Notes under the pieces: generated by a model
The model's input: the letters and a program-made list of their open reading frames with translations, nothing else
The model's database searches: none
Told to the model about the DNA's origin: nothing
Translations under genes and position numbers: made by a program
Assembly: GCA_965203465.1 (NCBI GenBank)
Contig: CBDBCR010000001.1
Location: 480,001 to 544,000 of the forward strand
DNA from: Nitrosopumilaceae archaeon
GTDB taxonomy: Archaea; Thermoproteota; Nitrososphaeria; Nitrososphaerales; Nitrosopumilaceae
Direction: 5' to 3'
Length of the DNA: 64,000 nucleotides
Shown: positions 9,606 to 20,362 of the stretch, piece by piece
How the letters are laid out: each line of letters opens with the position of its first letter
Position numbering within the stretch: position 1 is the first letter of the stretch

Positions 9606-10637
9606 GTGGCAGGCAGGGCCGCCGTCATACGCGGCGACGGGATAGGCCCCGAGATCGTCGATTCCATGCTGGGCATACTGCGGGGCTGCGGCTTAGAGTC
9701 CGAGATAATAGAGTGCGAGGCCGGCTCGGAGCAGTGGGAAAGATCCGGCTCGCGCGACCCGTCGTACATACCCGAGAGCACCATGTCCGAGCTGGAGTCC
9801 GCCGACGCGTGCTTCAAGGGGCCGACCACCACGATACCGCGGCCCGACGCCCCGCGCAGCGTGGCCGTCACGCTACGGCAAAAGTTCGACCTGTACGCCA
9901 ACATACGCCCCTGCAAGACCTACGAGAGGCTCACGCCGGGCAGGCGGCTGGACTGCGCCTGCTTCCGCGAGGCCACCGAGGGCCTGTACACGGGCGTCGA
10001 ATCACAGGTGACCGAGGACGCGGCCATCGCCATACGCAAGATCACGCGGCACGGCTCGCGCCGCATCTGCGAGGCCGCCGCGAGCTGGGCGGGCGAGCGC
10101 GGCATGAAAAAGATGGTCGCCATAACAAAGAGGAACATACTCAAAAAGACCGACGGGATATTCTGGGAGGAGGCGCGGCGCTCGGCCTCGTCTGCCGGCC
10201 TGGACGTATCCGAGATATACATCGACAACATGGCCCAGCAGATGGTGCTGGCCCCCGAGCAGTTCGACGGCTCGGTGCTGGTAAGCACCAACCTCTTCAT
10301 GGACATCATATCCGAGCTCGCATCGGCGCTGGTCGGCTCCATCGGCCTGATATACTCGGCCAACATGGGCGACAAATTCGCCATGTTCGAGGCAGCGCAC
10401 GGCAGCGCCCCGCAGCTGGCAGGCAAGGGGGCGGCCAACCCGACCGCGGCCATACTCTCCGGCGCGTGGATGGCCGGCCACCTCGGCGAGCGGCACGTGC
10501 GCGACGCGGTCTTTGCCGCGACCGCCGAGACCATCAACGGGGGCAGGTACGTGACGGCCGACATCGGCGGCTCGGCCTCTACGCAGCAGATGTCCGGCGC
10601 TATACTCGAGGCCGCAAAGGCGCGCCTGCGCCGCTAG
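9606..10637 (+). CDS. Isocitrate/isopropylmalate dehydrogenase family protein
   Basis: GDGIGPEI, LRQKFDLYANIRP, NLFMDIISEL, FEAAHGSAP, ANPTAAILS. Confidence 0.93.
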   Translation: MAGRAAVIRGDGIGPEIVDSMLGILRGCGLESEIIECEAGSEQWERSGSRDPSYIPESTMSELESADACFKGPTTTIPRPDAPRSVAVTLRQKFDLYANIRPCKTYERLTPGRRLDCACFREATEGLYTGVESQVTEDAAIAIRKITRHGSRRICEAAASWAGERGMKKMVAITKRNILKKTDGIFWEEARRSASSAGLDVSEIYIDNMAQQMVLAPEQFDGSVLVSTNLFMDIISELASALVGSIGLIYSANMGDKFAMFEAAHGSAPQLAGKGAANPTAAILSGAWMAGHLGERHVRDAVFAATAETINGGRYVTADIGGSASTQQMSGAILEAAKARLRR

Positions 10638-11170
10638 CCCGAGACGGCCCTGACCACCACGAGCTCCTCGAAAAAGAGCCTCTTGCGGCGCTCAACCGAG
10701 GCGTCCATGCCCAGCTCGGAGCAGAGCCGCACGAGGCTGCCGTAGTCGGACAGCGACGAGCTGACAAAGAGCAGCCTGCCGCCGGGGCGCAGCAGCGGCG
10801 CGGCGGTGCGGATCATGGCCGCGGGCACCGGCACGCCGCCGGGCCCCCCGTCGGTGGCCGGATCCAGCACCTGCTCGGTGGCAAGGTACGGCGGGTTGCA
10901 GACGGCAAGGTCGAACGGCCCGCGCAGCGCCGAGGCGCCGTGGCAGCACACGCGCATCCGGGCGGGGTACGTCTGATGCTTTAGCACCCCAAGGTCAACG
11001 TCGGTGGCCACGACCGTCTCGAAGCGCTCCTGCAGGATACCGGCCAGGTACCCCGAGCCGGTCCCCATGTCGAGGGCCGCGCGGCCCGACTCCGATCCGG
11101 CGGCGTCTGCCAGCAGAAACGTGTCCTCCGCCGGAACATACTCACGCGATGCCTTTCGCGATCCCGACAA
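10634..11170 (-). CDS. HemK2/PrmC-like protein glutamine methyltransferase
   Basis: EYVPAEDTFLL, LDMGTGSG, NPPY motif; TTG start estimated. Confidence 0.85.
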   Translation of the reverse strand: MSGSRKASREYVPAEDTFLLADAAGSESGRAALDMGTGSGYLAGILQERFETVVATDVDLGVLKHQTYPARMRVCCHGASALRGPFDLAVCNPPYLATEQVLDPATDGGPGGVPVPAAMIRTAAPLLRPGGRLLFVSSSLSDYGSLVRLCSELGMDASVERRKRLFFEELVVVRAVSG

Positions 11171-11828
11171 TCTCGTCCGCCCCCATCTGCTCCAGCCTCC
11201 GATCCGAATCCGACGAGGCGCCAAACTCTGCCAGCACGTTGGACAGCTTTTTGCGCCTGTACGAAAACATGCGGTTGACCGCCTTTACGGTGGGCGCGTC
11301 CAGCGTCCTTTTCTGCTCCATCCTGAGCACCACCGATTCGACGGCCGGCGGCGGCGCAAAGTCGGCCCTTGCGGCCCGGCAGACCGCGCTCATGTCGAAG
11401 CAGTGGGAGGCCAGCACGGCCGCGGCCCGGCTCGCGCGGGCCAGCTTTTCGTGGAACTCCCTCTGCACCATGATCACCGCGCGCGACATGGGCCGCTGGC
11501 AGAGCCACTCGACGGCCCTCCTGCTCTGCGAGTACGGCAGGCTCGAGACGAAGACGTCGAACGGCCCGGCGTACCCGAACCCGTCGCCGCAGACCAGCTC
11601 CAGGTTGTCGGCGGCAAGGGCCGCGCGCGCCTCCTCGTAGATCCTCCTGTCGGCCTCGACGGAGACCACCCTCCCGGCCCTCTCGCACAGGGCCCGCGTG
11701 AGCGCGCCCCTGCCGGTGCCCACCTCCAGGACCGTGTGCCTTTTGGATATGCGGGCCGACTCCACCATCCTCGAGGCCACCGCGCGCGAGGCCAGGAAGT
11801 GCTGGCCCATGCGCCTCCTCTTGTTCAT
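11142..11828 (-). CDS. ksgA: 16S rRNA adenine dimethyltransferase KsgA/RsmA
   Basis: GQHFL, VLEVGTGRGALT, SLPY, MVQREF, F.PPP.VES, YRRKKL. Confidence 0.92.
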   Translation of the reverse strand: MNKRRRMGQHFLASRAVASRMVESARISKRHTVLEVGTGRGALTRALCERAGRVVSVEADRRIYEEARAALAADNLELVCGDGFGYAGPFDVFVSSLPYSQSRRAVEWLCQRPMSRAVIMVQREFHEKLARASRAAAVLASHCFDMSAVCRAARADFAPPPAVESVVLRMEQKRTLDAPTVKAVNRMFSYRRKKLSNVLAEFGASSDSDRRLEQMGADEIVGIAKGIA

Positions 11829-12394
11829 GGCTTCGCGAAGAGGCGCGTGCGCGCCTCGCCGGTGATCTCGTCGAGCACCATCTGCGCTATCCGGCCGGCT
11901 GCCCCCTCCACGCCGCCCCTCTCCTCGATGTCGCGGTAGCTGGAAAACTTTCTCTCCCGGCGCTCCTCGACCATGTCCATCGCCTGGGACTTGCCGACGC
12001 CGGGCATCATCTCGAGGGCGTGGACGTGCTGCGTGAGCGGGCCGGCCGCGTTGACGTACTCTACGAACCGCCCCTCCTGGTACCCGACTATCTTTTCGAC
12101 CGCGCCGTGCAGCTGCGCCTGCGCGTCAGGCGAGGCCTGCTCGTAGGGGATCCTGCCGAGCACGGCCTCGACGCCGGCGCGCCCCTCTTTTCCGATGCAG
12201 ACGCGCTCGCCGACCTTGGGCGGGGGGCCCTCGGCGGCCATGATCTCGAGCAGGCTGAACCTGCCGTCGCCCAGCGCCGTGACCATGGTGCCCTCGCGGC
12301 CGCGCACCGTCGCGGATCTTGCGCGCATGCGCACGTCGAGGACGAGCGCGTGCTCTTCGTACCTGGACTGCCCGCCGGCCCCGCGCATGAGCAT
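11825..12394 (-). CDS. DUF655 family putative RNA-binding protein
   Basis: YEEHALVLD...LLE...HALEMMPGVGK...F.SY.DI; lies in the usual archaeal rpl21e-rpo4-DUF655-ksgA order. Confidence 0.85.
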   Translation of the reverse strand: MLMRGAGGQSRYEEHALVLDVRMRARSATVRGREGTMVTALGDGRFSLLEIMAAEGPPPKVGERVCIGKEGRAGVEAVLGRIPYEQASPDAQAQLHGAVEKIVGYQEGRFVEYVNAAGPLTQHVHALEMMPGVGKSQAMDMVEERRERKFSSYRDIEERGGVEGAAGRIAQMVLDEITGEARTRLFAKP

Positions 12395-12403
12395 CCCGCC
12401 CGG

Positions 12404-12730
12404 CTAGGAGCTCCCCTTTATGATGGCGAGCATGCGGTCGAGCGTCTCTGCCAGCACGAGCTTTTTCCAGCCGAACGTGAACGAGCGCAGCTCCGCCAGC
12501 GTGGTCGGGCGTATGTTGATTATCTCGACGGCCTCCTCCTCGGTCAGGCCGCACTCTTTTACCAGGTCGTGGCGCATCTTTTTGGCCTCGTCGGCTTCGA
12601 GGGTGGAAAATTTCGAGACGTAGTCGAAAGTCCAGCGCTGTATCTGGTCCATCTCCTCGGGATCGTTGGAGCCGAGTATCTCCTTGACCTCGGCGGCCGA
12701 GACCGGCTTTTTCTTCTTGATCTCCTCCAA
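12404..12730 (-). CDS. rpo4: RNA polymerase subunit Rpo4 (RpoF)
   Basis: EVKEIL...DQIQRWTFDYVSKFS...AVEIINIRP...ELRS; gene order. Confidence 0.9.
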   Translation of the reverse strand: MEEIKKKKPVSAAEVKEILGSNDPEEMDQIQRWTFDYVSKFSTLEADEAKKMRHDLVKECGLTEEEAVEIINIRPTTLAELRSFTFGWKKLVLAETLDRMLAIIKGSS

Positions 12731-13033
12731 CTACTGCACCCCGAACGGCTTTATGTGATCGTACCGCGTTATGAGTTTCTTGGTCTTGTTGCCCAGTTTC
12801 ACGTCCAGCTCGACGGCCCTCCTGCCGGCCTCGGTTATGGTGCCCACCTTGCCGTGGTACCTCCTGTGGGGCAGGCCCTTGTGCTGCCGGGGGTCTATTA
12901 TCACCAGCGCCTGCTGGCCCGCCTCGTAGCGGCGCAGCAGGAACGAGACCCCCCTGGGGCGCTTTTTGGTCATCACCGAGCGCGACTTGTGCCTGAAGCC
13001 GTGCGAGCGCCCCGAGGTCTTTTTGGTCGCCAC
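12731..13033 (-). CDS. rpl21e: 50S ribosomal protein L21e
   Basis: SHGFRHKSR...HKGLPHRRYHGKVG...DHIKP. Confidence 0.95.
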   Translation of the reverse strand: MATKKTSGRSHGFRHKSRSVMTKKRPRGVSFLLRRYEAGQQALVIIDPRQHKGLPHRRYHGKVGTITEAGRRAVELDVKLGNKTKKLITRYDHIKPFGVQ

Positions 13034-13256
13034 GCGCCGGCACTCCGGGGCCCTCTTTTAACGCTTGCCCGGCGCTATCGGACTGCCGTATATACCGCGT
13101 ATGTGCCGGGGTGGGCGGCCCGAGCGCGCCGAGCGGACCTTTTTGGACAGGTACGGCCCGACCGACCGGCCCGAATAGGCCCTGCCCCGGAGCGGCCGGA
13201 CCGAGGGCGCCCGCGGCGGCGGGCTCTCCGCGCGAGCCAAAAAATGAAAAAAGGGC

Positions 13257-14378
13257 CTACTGGCCGGTCTCTGCGTCTTCCGCCTTGCCCGCCTTTTCGG
13301 TAGCCTTGGCTTCCTTGGCAGCCTTGTCGGCGGCTTTTTCCGCCTCTTTGGCGGCCTTGTCGGCTTCCTTGGCGGCCTTTTCTGCCTCGCGGTCTATCTG
13401 CTTCAGATAGTCCTCGTTGTCGTGCACGCCGGCCTCGCCCAGCTCGAACGTGGCGTCGGTCTGCGCGTGGTGGGGGCTGTCGACCATCCTGGCCACGCGC
13501 TTGTTCTTGCTGCCCTTGCGGATGTAGATCCTGTAGGTGCTGGCGTGGCCCAGGACGTTGCCGCCTATGGGCCTGGTGGGATCGCCGAAGAACGCGTCGG
13601 GGCTCGAGGAGACCTGGTTGGTCGCTATCGCGGCGCAGTTGTACGTCTCGGCTATGCGGCCGAGCAGGCGCACGTAGCGCGCGATCTTTTGCTGCCTCGC
13701 GGCGAGCGTGCCGCGGCCGAGGTACTCGACCCTGAACAGGCCCGTCGCCGAGTCGGATATGATCAGCTTTACGTTCTCCTCCTTGATCACCTTGCCGGCG
13801 GCCTCGAGGATCAGTATCTGGTGCGAGCTGTTCTGCGCGCGCGCCACCACTATTCTCTCGAGCGCCTTTGCCGGGTCCATGCCGTTGGCCTTTGCTATCG
13901 AGACGATGCGCTCGGGCCTGAACGTGCCTTCGGTGTCTATGTACAGGACGTTGCCGTCTAGGCCGCCCTCGTCCTTCGGCTTTTGGACGCTCACGCACAG
14001 GGTGTGGCACAGCTGGGTCTTGCCGGACCCGAACTCGCCGTACAGCTCCGTTATGGCCTGCGTCTCGATGCCGCCCCCTAGGAGGTCGTCGAGGCCGCGG
14101 GTGGTGGTGCTGATCTTGCCTATGCTCTGGCGCCGCTCGTATATCTCCGAGGCCGTCGAGAACTCTTTGGCTATGGCCCCCGAGTCGGACAGCTGCCTGC
14201 GGGCGTTGGCGACTATCTTTTCGCACGTCTCCGAGGCCATGTTCGAGATCTCTTCGAGCTCGACGGGCCCCCTCACGACTATGTCCATGAGGGTGTTGAT
14301 TCCGGAGTCTTCCAGCTTTTTCTTCGTCACGGGGCCTACGCCCTCTAGGTCTGAGAGGCTAAAGTTTTCCAATTCCAT
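13257..14378 (-). CDS. radA: DNA repair and recombination protein RadA
   Basis: N-terminal HhH, GEFGSGKTQ Walker A, YIDTEGTFRPERI, LFRVEYLGRG, PIGGNVLGHAS; KAAKEA-rich C-terminal tail. Confidence 0.97.
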   Translation of the reverse strand: MELENFSLSDLEGVGPVTKKKLEDSGINTLMDIVVRGPVELEEISNMASETCEKIVANARRQLSDSGAIAKEFSTASEIYERRQSIGKISTTTRGLDDLLGGGIETQAITELYGEFGSGKTQLCHTLCVSVQKPKDEGGLDGNVLYIDTEGTFRPERIVSIAKANGMDPAKALERIVVARAQNSSHQILILEAAGKVIKEENVKLIISDSATGLFRVEYLGRGTLAARQQKIARYVRLLGRIAETYNCAAIATNQVSSSPDAFFGDPTRPIGGNVLGHASTYRIYIRKGSKNKRVARMVDSPHHAQTDATFELGEAGVHDNEDYLKQIDREAEKAAKEADKAAKEAEKAADKAAKEAKATEKAGKAEDAETGQ

Positions 14379-14409
14379 TACCGTAGGGTACCGTACATGG
14401 TATTATAAA
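14379..14409 (-). promoter_or_regulatory. radA promoter: TATA box followed by a TACCGTACGGTA-like palindromic element
   Basis: Minus strand TTTATAATACCATGTACGGTACCCTACGGTA-ATG; shares GGGTACCGTAC with 50043-50053. Confidence 0.6.
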
Positions 14410-14467
14410 CATTGCCCTCCGGCCCGCTCAAACGATTTTAAGAGGCCGCCGGGGGCCGCCGCCCGGA

Positions 14468-15118
14468 ATGGTGTCGGATTCGGACCTTGCGGCCATGATA
14501 AAGGAGGCCAAGGGCTCCTCGAAGGGGCGCAAGTTCACGCAGGCCCTCGAGCTGATAATGGTCTTCAAGGACATCGACGTCAAAAAGGGCTTCGCCATAA
14601 ACGAGACGGTCCAGCTGCCCAACTCGGGCTCGCCCGCCTCGGTCTGCGTGCTGGCCACCGGCGACATGGGGACAAAGGCAAAGGCCGCCTCGGCAGACCG
14701 CGTCGTCGATTCGGACGAGCTGGCGCGGCTCAGCTCCAACAAGCGGGAATCGCGCAAGCTGATAAACAAGTACGACTTTTTCCTGGCCGACACCAAGATG
14801 ATGCCGGCCGTCGGCAAGGCGCTCGGGCAGCTGCTCGGCCCGCGCGGCAAGATGCCCACGCCGGTCCCGTTCAACGCGCCCATCGAGTCGTTCTTGGAGC
14901 GGTTCCGCTCCTCGATAAAGGTGCGCGTGCGCGGCTCGCTGTCCCTCTCGTGCAAGATAGGGACCGAGGCCATGGAAGATTCGGAGCTTGCCGCCAACGC
15001 GGGCGCGGTGATAAACGCGGTGCGCTCGAAACTGCCCAACGGCGACAAGAACGTACGCCGCATAATGGTAAAGACCACGATGGGCGGCGCGGTGCGCCAA
15101 AAGGAGGCGGGCAAGTGA
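14468..15118 (+). CDS. rpl1: 50S ribosomal protein L1
   Basis: RKFTQALEL, LGQLLGPRGKMP, VKTTMG. Confidence 0.96.
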   Translation: MVSDSDLAAMIKEAKGSSKGRKFTQALELIMVFKDIDVKKGFAINETVQLPNSGSPASVCVLATGDMGTKAKAASADRVVDSDELARLSSNKRESRKLINKYDFFLADTKMMPAVGKALGQLLGPRGKMPTPVPFNAPIESFLERFRSSIKVRVRGSLSLSCKIGTEAMEDSELAANAGAVINAVRSKLPNGDKNVRRIMVKTTMGGAVRQKEAGK

Positions 15119-15981
15119 TGCGCGAAAACAGGAGCGAATACCCGCCCAAAAAGGCGGCCATGCACGCGCAGCTTTTGGAGCTGCCCAGAAAGCGCCGCGT
15201 CATGGCCATAGTGAGGATGGAAAAGGTGCGCGCCTCGCAGATACTCCTGCTGCGCAAGCGCCTCGGCGAAGAGGTGGAGTTTTTCAGCATAAAGGACAAG
15301 ATCGCCAGAAAGGCGCTCTCGTCGGTCGAGGCGCCCGGCGTGGCCGACATGGCCGAAAAGCTAACGGGGCAGTGCATGCTGGTCTTTACGGAGATGTCGC
15401 CGTTCAAGCTCAACGTGCTCTTTTCCAAGAATTCCATAATGATGGCCGCGCGCGCCGGCGACACGGCCAGCATCGATGTGGTGGTGCCGGCAAAGAACAC
15501 CGGCATAGCCCCGGGCCCCATGCTGACCGAGTTCAAGGAGGCGGGCATACCCACAAAGATAGACCAGGGGACCATCTGGATAACAAAGGACACCGTGCCG
15601 GTCCGCAAGGGCGAGCAGATACCCGAAAAGCTGGCCCCGCTGCTCGGCAAGATGGACATAAAGCCCGTCGAGGTCGGCATCGCGCTGGATTCGGCCCTCG
15701 AGGGCGGGCGCCTGTACTCTGCGGCCGAGCTGCGCGTGGACGTAGAGGCGGTGCGCTCGGATCTGGGGCGGGCAGCTCAGGAGGCGCTCTCGCTCTCGGC
15801 AGAGGCCGGCTTCGCCGTGCCCGAGAACGCCGCGCAGCTGCTGCAAAAGGCGGCGGGGCAGGCGCGCTCGCTGTCCGTAGAATCGGGCTTTGCCACCGGC
15901 GAGACGCGCGAGCAGCTGCTCCAAAAGGCATCGGCGCAGGCCAAAGCGCTGGCCTCGGCGGCCGGGTATTCTGCCGCCTGA
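15118..15981 (+). CDS. rpl10: 50S ribosomal protein L10 (P0)
   Basis: ATG overlaps the rpl1 stop; ARAGD.A..DVVVPAKNTGIAPGP, KLAPLLGKMDIKP. Confidence 0.95.
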   Translation: MRENRSEYPPKKAAMHAQLLELPRKRRVMAIVRMEKVRASQILLLRKRLGEEVEFFSIKDKIARKALSSVEAPGVADMAEKLTGQCMLVFTEMSPFKLNVLFSKNSIMMAARAGDTASIDVVVPAKNTGIAPGPMLTEFKEAGIPTKIDQGTIWITKDTVPVRKGEQIPEKLAPLLGKMDIKPVEVGIALDSALEGGRLYSAAELRVDVEAVRSDLGRAAQEALSLSAEAGFAVPENAAQLLQKAAGQARSLSVESGFATGETREQLLQKASAQAKALASAAGYSAA

Positions 15982-16273
15982 CCGGGCGCGGATCGGGGAG
16001 GCGGGCTCGCCATGCAGGCGACTCGCGCGGCCCGGGAGCGCCTCGGCGTGACAGCTTTCGACGGCGGCCTGAACTTTACAACAGTGCGGTCTTGGAGGAT
16101 TTTTATCGGCGTGCCTTGCAACCGCGGCATCTGGGCTTGAATCCTCCATATGGCAGAAGCCTCCGCCCGGCACGCCGCGAGCCAAGACATCGGCGCGCAA
16201 GCCCACCAATTCGCGCGCATGGCGATGTGAGCCCACATCTACCGCCCACCCAGCAGAACCGCCCGGCACGCCG

Positions 16274-18116
16274 CTATGCGGACATCCGCCTCTGGTCGTC
16301 CATGCGCACCAGTTTCTTCTCAAAGTCCTCGTGTATTTTCCTGGCGCGCGCCATGAGGTCTTCGTACGTCCTTGCGTACCTTTTGTTCGCCTTGGCCTCG
16401 TCTATCATGGTCCTCACGGGGCCCTCCGGTATGCTGCCTGCGACCACGTATCCGGTGACATCGTAGTACGGGCTGTCCGGGTGGCTCCCCATCTTGCTTT
16501 TCACAAAGTCGACATAACTCAAAAGCTGGTTCATGTCCGCCGCGCTGACCCTGTGCTTTGGACGCTTTAGCTCCACCACATGCAGCGTGTTGCCTATCCC
16601 GATCGCCAAGAAGTCCATGCGCCTGTCCTTTTCCTCGAGTCCGCCTTCGGGATACTGCTCGGACAGTATCTTGGAGTAGCGCGCCTCGTGCCGGTAGTCC
16701 GTCCACGTCGGATCTAGGATCCACGGCGACTCTAAAAAGTACCTGTGCATCTCTGGCATTTCCCGGGCGTCCCGGTCGACGAGCTGCGCAAGCTTTTCGA
16801 TCGCCCCGAGCCTGCCCCTTACTATGCGGAGCATCTCCCTGGCCTCGATAAGGTTCCATGTCTTGAACACGTCCAGCATTCTAGCGGAGTCTGGCTCTTC
16901 TGGAAGGTCGGCGACCATCTCCTTGAACGCCTGCGCCTCGAACGATCCGCGTATGTACTGCATGATCTCGATCTTGCGCCCGTCGTCAAAGTCGTCGCCG
17001 TGCGCCAGTATCCCTATGATCTTGTCCGCTACTTTTTTTTCGGCCGGCACCAAGCCGTCCAGCCACTTGGCGATTGCGGGATCGCCCCTTATCGGCTTTT
17101 CGGCCCTGCTCTTTCTGTTCGCCAAGATCTGTTTGGAGATGTCCACGAGCTTGCACTTGCCCCATTCCTGCAGCGCTTCCCCCTTCTCGCTCTCCCATAT
17201 CAAGGCCTGCCGGTTTGTAGACACCAGATCCTCTTCCTCGTCGAAAAAATCGGCCGTGATCTCGCCCGTGATGCGCGAGTACGTGTACTTGTCGCCCTGC
17301 CTTACGCCGAATGTGGTGCTCTTCTGCACAAGCTTGCCGCGGGCCATGACAGTCAGCCCCACGTCATCTGCATCCAGCGCCGATTTCATGGCGTATATGG
17401 TGCCCGATACCGTCCAGCCTCGGTTAGGCACTACCCGTTCTGCGTCTATGCGCCAAACGTGCTCTACGTCGTCGTTTCGGAACTTGTCGCCCGGAGCTAT
17501 GTCGGTTCCGTTAACCGCGACCCTGAAACCGCCGTTGATCACGGAAAAATGCCTCGACAGGTCGCGCCTTATACCGTCCACGTTTATCGGCGTCCTCCTC
17601 TTCAGTCCGGTTAGGGTGATCCGGGTGCCTTTGCCGTCGTTCGTGTCGATGTCGTTGTCGACAACGCGCGGCTCGTAGCACATCTGCCCGGTGGCGTGCT
17701 CCAGCATATCGTCAATGTTCATCGCGATGGCGTTCTTTCTGCCGTCTTTTACCGTGCTGACTTCCACGTTTTTTGCTATGCCGAACACAGAAAGTTTGCC
17801 TATGCCCTTCCTACCCATCACTTTCCTGCCGCCCTTGGTGAGTCCGTCTCCCTCTTCGCGCCGCTTCCGTCCTATGCGGAGGTACTTGTTGGCCATGTCG
17901 TCGTACGACATGCCCTCTCCAGTCGCTTATGACTATGGCTGACTCTTCGGTTATGGGACCCTCCGGCAGCGTGATCTCCACCCTGTCAGCGTCGGCATCC
18001 CAGGCGTTTGCCACCATCTCGGATACGACTGGCGGAAGCTTGCCGTACAGCTTTATGCCCAAGTCTTCGATAACCGGAAGCTCGATCTTGATCACTAGCG
18101 GATCCCGCGCATTCAC
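16274..18116 (-). pseudogene. GHKL/MORC-type ATPase fused to a PD-(D/E)xK nuclease, frameshifted at about 17921
   Basis: LGIKLYG...SEMVANAWDADA in the upstream frame continues as GEGMS...MGRKGIGKLS in a second frame; C-terminal RMDFL...VVELKRP; lower GC than flanks. Confidence 0.82.
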
Positions 18117-18267
18117 GGCATGACTCCGGCGCGTGCTCTTATCTGTGTTTGCGCGCTAGGTCGTGCCGGATGCAGGATCATCTGGGGGCGCGGATCGGCA
18201 TCTTGCAACCGGCCTAGCCGGCGCCGAAATAATCCTGCCGTTGCCGAACAGCGCGTCGCCGTGCCGC

Positions 18268-18567
18268 CTATCCGAACAGCGAAGAGAGCCCTTCCATGGC
18301 GGCCTCTTCGCTCTTGCCCTCGTCCTTTTTCTCTTCCTTCTTTTCGGCCGGGGCCTCGGCCTCGCCTGCCGCCGGCGCCGCCGCCACGGCGACGGGGGCC
18401 GCCTTTACGGCCTCGTCGATGTTTACGTCCGCTAGGGCCGCCACGAGAGACTTTACCTGCGCGTCGTTGACCTCGGCGCCCGACGCCTTTACGACGGCGG
18501 TCAGGTTGTCCTCGTTTACGTCCTTTTTGAGCTTGTGCAGCATCAGGGCGGCATAGACGTATTCCAC
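18268..18567 (-). CDS. rpl12: 50S ribosomal protein L12 (P1)
   Basis: [11 protein letters not shown]...[11 protein letters not shown]. Confidence 0.96.
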   Translation of the reverse strand: MEYVYAALMLHKLKKDVNEDNLTAVVKASGAEVNDAQVKSLVAALADVNIDEAVKAAPVAVAAAPAAGEAEAPAEKKEEKKDEGKSEEAAMEGLSSLFG

Positions 18568-18638
18568 GCGGCGCCCCCCGTCGGTGATAATATAAACCAT
18601 GGATCGCGATATATACGGCCGGGTACGCGCGCGCGCCG

Positions 18639-19976
18639 ATGGGCCTGTTCGGAACCAACGGAGTGAGGGGCGTGTTCCCCTCGGAGCTCGGGCTGCCGGA
18701 GGTGCACGATATATGCTGCGCGCTAGCAGAGCACCTGCGGTTCCGCCGCGTGCTGGTAGGGATGGACGGGCGCGCCTCGAGCGGGGTCGTGGCCGAGACG
18801 GTCTGCTCGGTGCTCAACTCGCGCGGCGTGGACTGCGCGCGCGCGGGGCTGGTGCCGACCCCGTGCCTGGAATACGCCGTCAAAAAGCTGGGCTACGACG
18901 CGGGCGTGATGGCGACGGCCTCGCACAACCCACCCGAGTACGCGGGCCTCAAGGCGTGCGCGGCCGACGGCGTGGAACTGGCGCGCCCCGACGAAGAGGC
19001 CGTCGAAAGGATACACGCCGGGCGTTCGTGGGGGCCCCGCACCGGCGCCTTCGGCACCACCGCGACGGAGGGGCGCGCCGTGGGGGCGTACGTGGAGGGG
19101 GCCGCCTCTCTGCTGGACACGGAAAAGATCGCCTCGCGCCGGCCCAAAGTCGTGCTGGACCTGGGCAACGGGGCGCAGGCCGCCGCCGCCCCGCGGTTCT
19201 GCCGCCTGCTCGGCCTCGAGCCGGATCTGATCAACGGGGACGTCGACCCGTCGTTTCCGGGGCGCGGGCCAGAGCCGACCCCCGAGACGCTCGGCGGGCT
19301 GTCCGGGGCGGTCGCCTCGCGCGGCGCCGACCTGGGCGTCGCGTTCGACGGCGACGGCGACCGGAGCATGTTCTGCGACGAGCGCGGCCGCGTCCTGACC
19401 GGCGAGCAGTCCGCGCTGGTGCTCGCCCGCCACGTGCTGGCCAAAAGCCCCGGCGCGCTGGTGGTCACGTGCGTCAACTCGGGCGTGTCCGCCGAGTCGG
19501 TGGCAGCCGAGTCGGGCGCGCGCGTGCTGCGCACCAGGGTGGGCAGCGTCGAGGTCTCGCGCGCCATGACCGAGACGGGCGCGCTGGTCGGCTTTGAGGA
19601 GAACGGCGGGTTCATGTACGCAAAGCACAACCAGGTGCGCGACGGCGTCATGACGCTGGGCCTCATGCTGGAGGCGCTGGCGGCCTCGGGCTCTTCGGTC
19701 TCGCAACTCACATCGTCGCTGCCCCCCTCGCACACGGCAAAGACAAAGGTGCCGTGCTCGCCGGAGCGGGCCGGGCGCGTCATGGAGCGCCTAAAGGCGG
19801 AGAACCCCGGCGCCGACCTGACAGACGGCGTCAAGGTGGCGTTCGGGCCGCGCGAGTGGGTGATGGTGCGCCCCAGCGGCACCGAGCCCATCCTGCGCAT
19901 ATACGCAGAGGCGCGCTCGAGCTCGCGCTTGGACGAGCTGCTCTCCAAGTATTCGGACGCCGTATCGTCGTGCTGA
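18639..19976 (+). CDS. Phosphohexomutase (phosphomannomutase/phosphoglucosamine mutase)
   Basis: [36 protein letters not shown]. Confidence 0.93.
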   Translation: MGLFGTNGVRGVFPSELGLPEVHDICCALAEHLRFRRVLVGMDGRASSGVVAETVCSVLNSRGVDCARAGLVPTPCLEYAVKKLGYDAGVMATASHNPPEYAGLKACAADGVELARPDEEAVERIHAGRSWGPRTGAFGTTATEGRAVGAYVEGAASLLDTEKIASRRPKVVLDLGNGAQAAAAPRFCRLLGLEPDLINGDVDPSFPGRGPEPTPETLGGLSGAVASRGADLGVAFDGDGDRSMFCDERGRVLTGEQSALVLARHVLAKSPGALVVTCVNSGVSAESVAAESGARVLRTRVGSVEVSRAMTETGALVGFEENGGFMYAKHNQVRDGVMTLGLMLEALAASGSSVSQLTSSLPPSHTAKTKVPCSPERAGRVMERLKAENPGADLTDGVKVAFGPREWVMVRPSGTEPILRIYAEARSSSRLDELLSKYSDAVSSC

Positions 19977-20076
19977 CGCGTAGGCGCGTTTTCGTCCGCG
20001 CCTTGGCGTCCGCGGCGGCCTGACAGGCGGCTGTGCGGAAAACCAACGGATATTAGCCGCAGCCCGGCGCGGCGCC

Positions 20077-20271
20077 TTGATGCCCAAGTCGCCCAACCCG
20101 TTCCTGAACCTTCCGGAGGACAAGCTGGCCATGGTAAGGGAGTATTTCCTAAAGTCCGAATTCGCCGGCCAGATGGACTTTGAGCGGTATCTTGCGTGGC
20201 TGCACGAGGACGATCTGATCCCGGAGGACGTCTTTGCCGTAATCGAACACGAAAACACCGACCCAAGATAG
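20077..20271 (+). CDS. Small acidic hypothetical protein, possible antitoxin
   Basis: 64-aa acidic ORF directly upstream of a RelE-like remnant. Confidence 0.45.
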   Translation: MMPKSPNPFLNLPEDKLAMVREYFLKSEFAGQMDFERYLAWLHEDDLIPEDVFAVIEHENTDPR

Positions 20272-20362
20272 TGTATTCCTCCGTAGAAAAGCTGCTAGCG
20301 GACTTGAAGAAAGACTAAGTGCGGGTTGCTTGGAGCCGCGCTCCACGCCACGGGAATGCACA

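Noticed and set aside
13257-13400. KAAKEA repeat tail of RadA as a novelty
   Set aside because: As far as I recall, charged low-complexity C-terminal tails are common in thaumarchaeal RadA; low information.
13708-15117. 757-aa ORF extending rpl10 upstream
   Set aside because: The extension is antisense to radA and out of frame with rpl1; real start is 15118.
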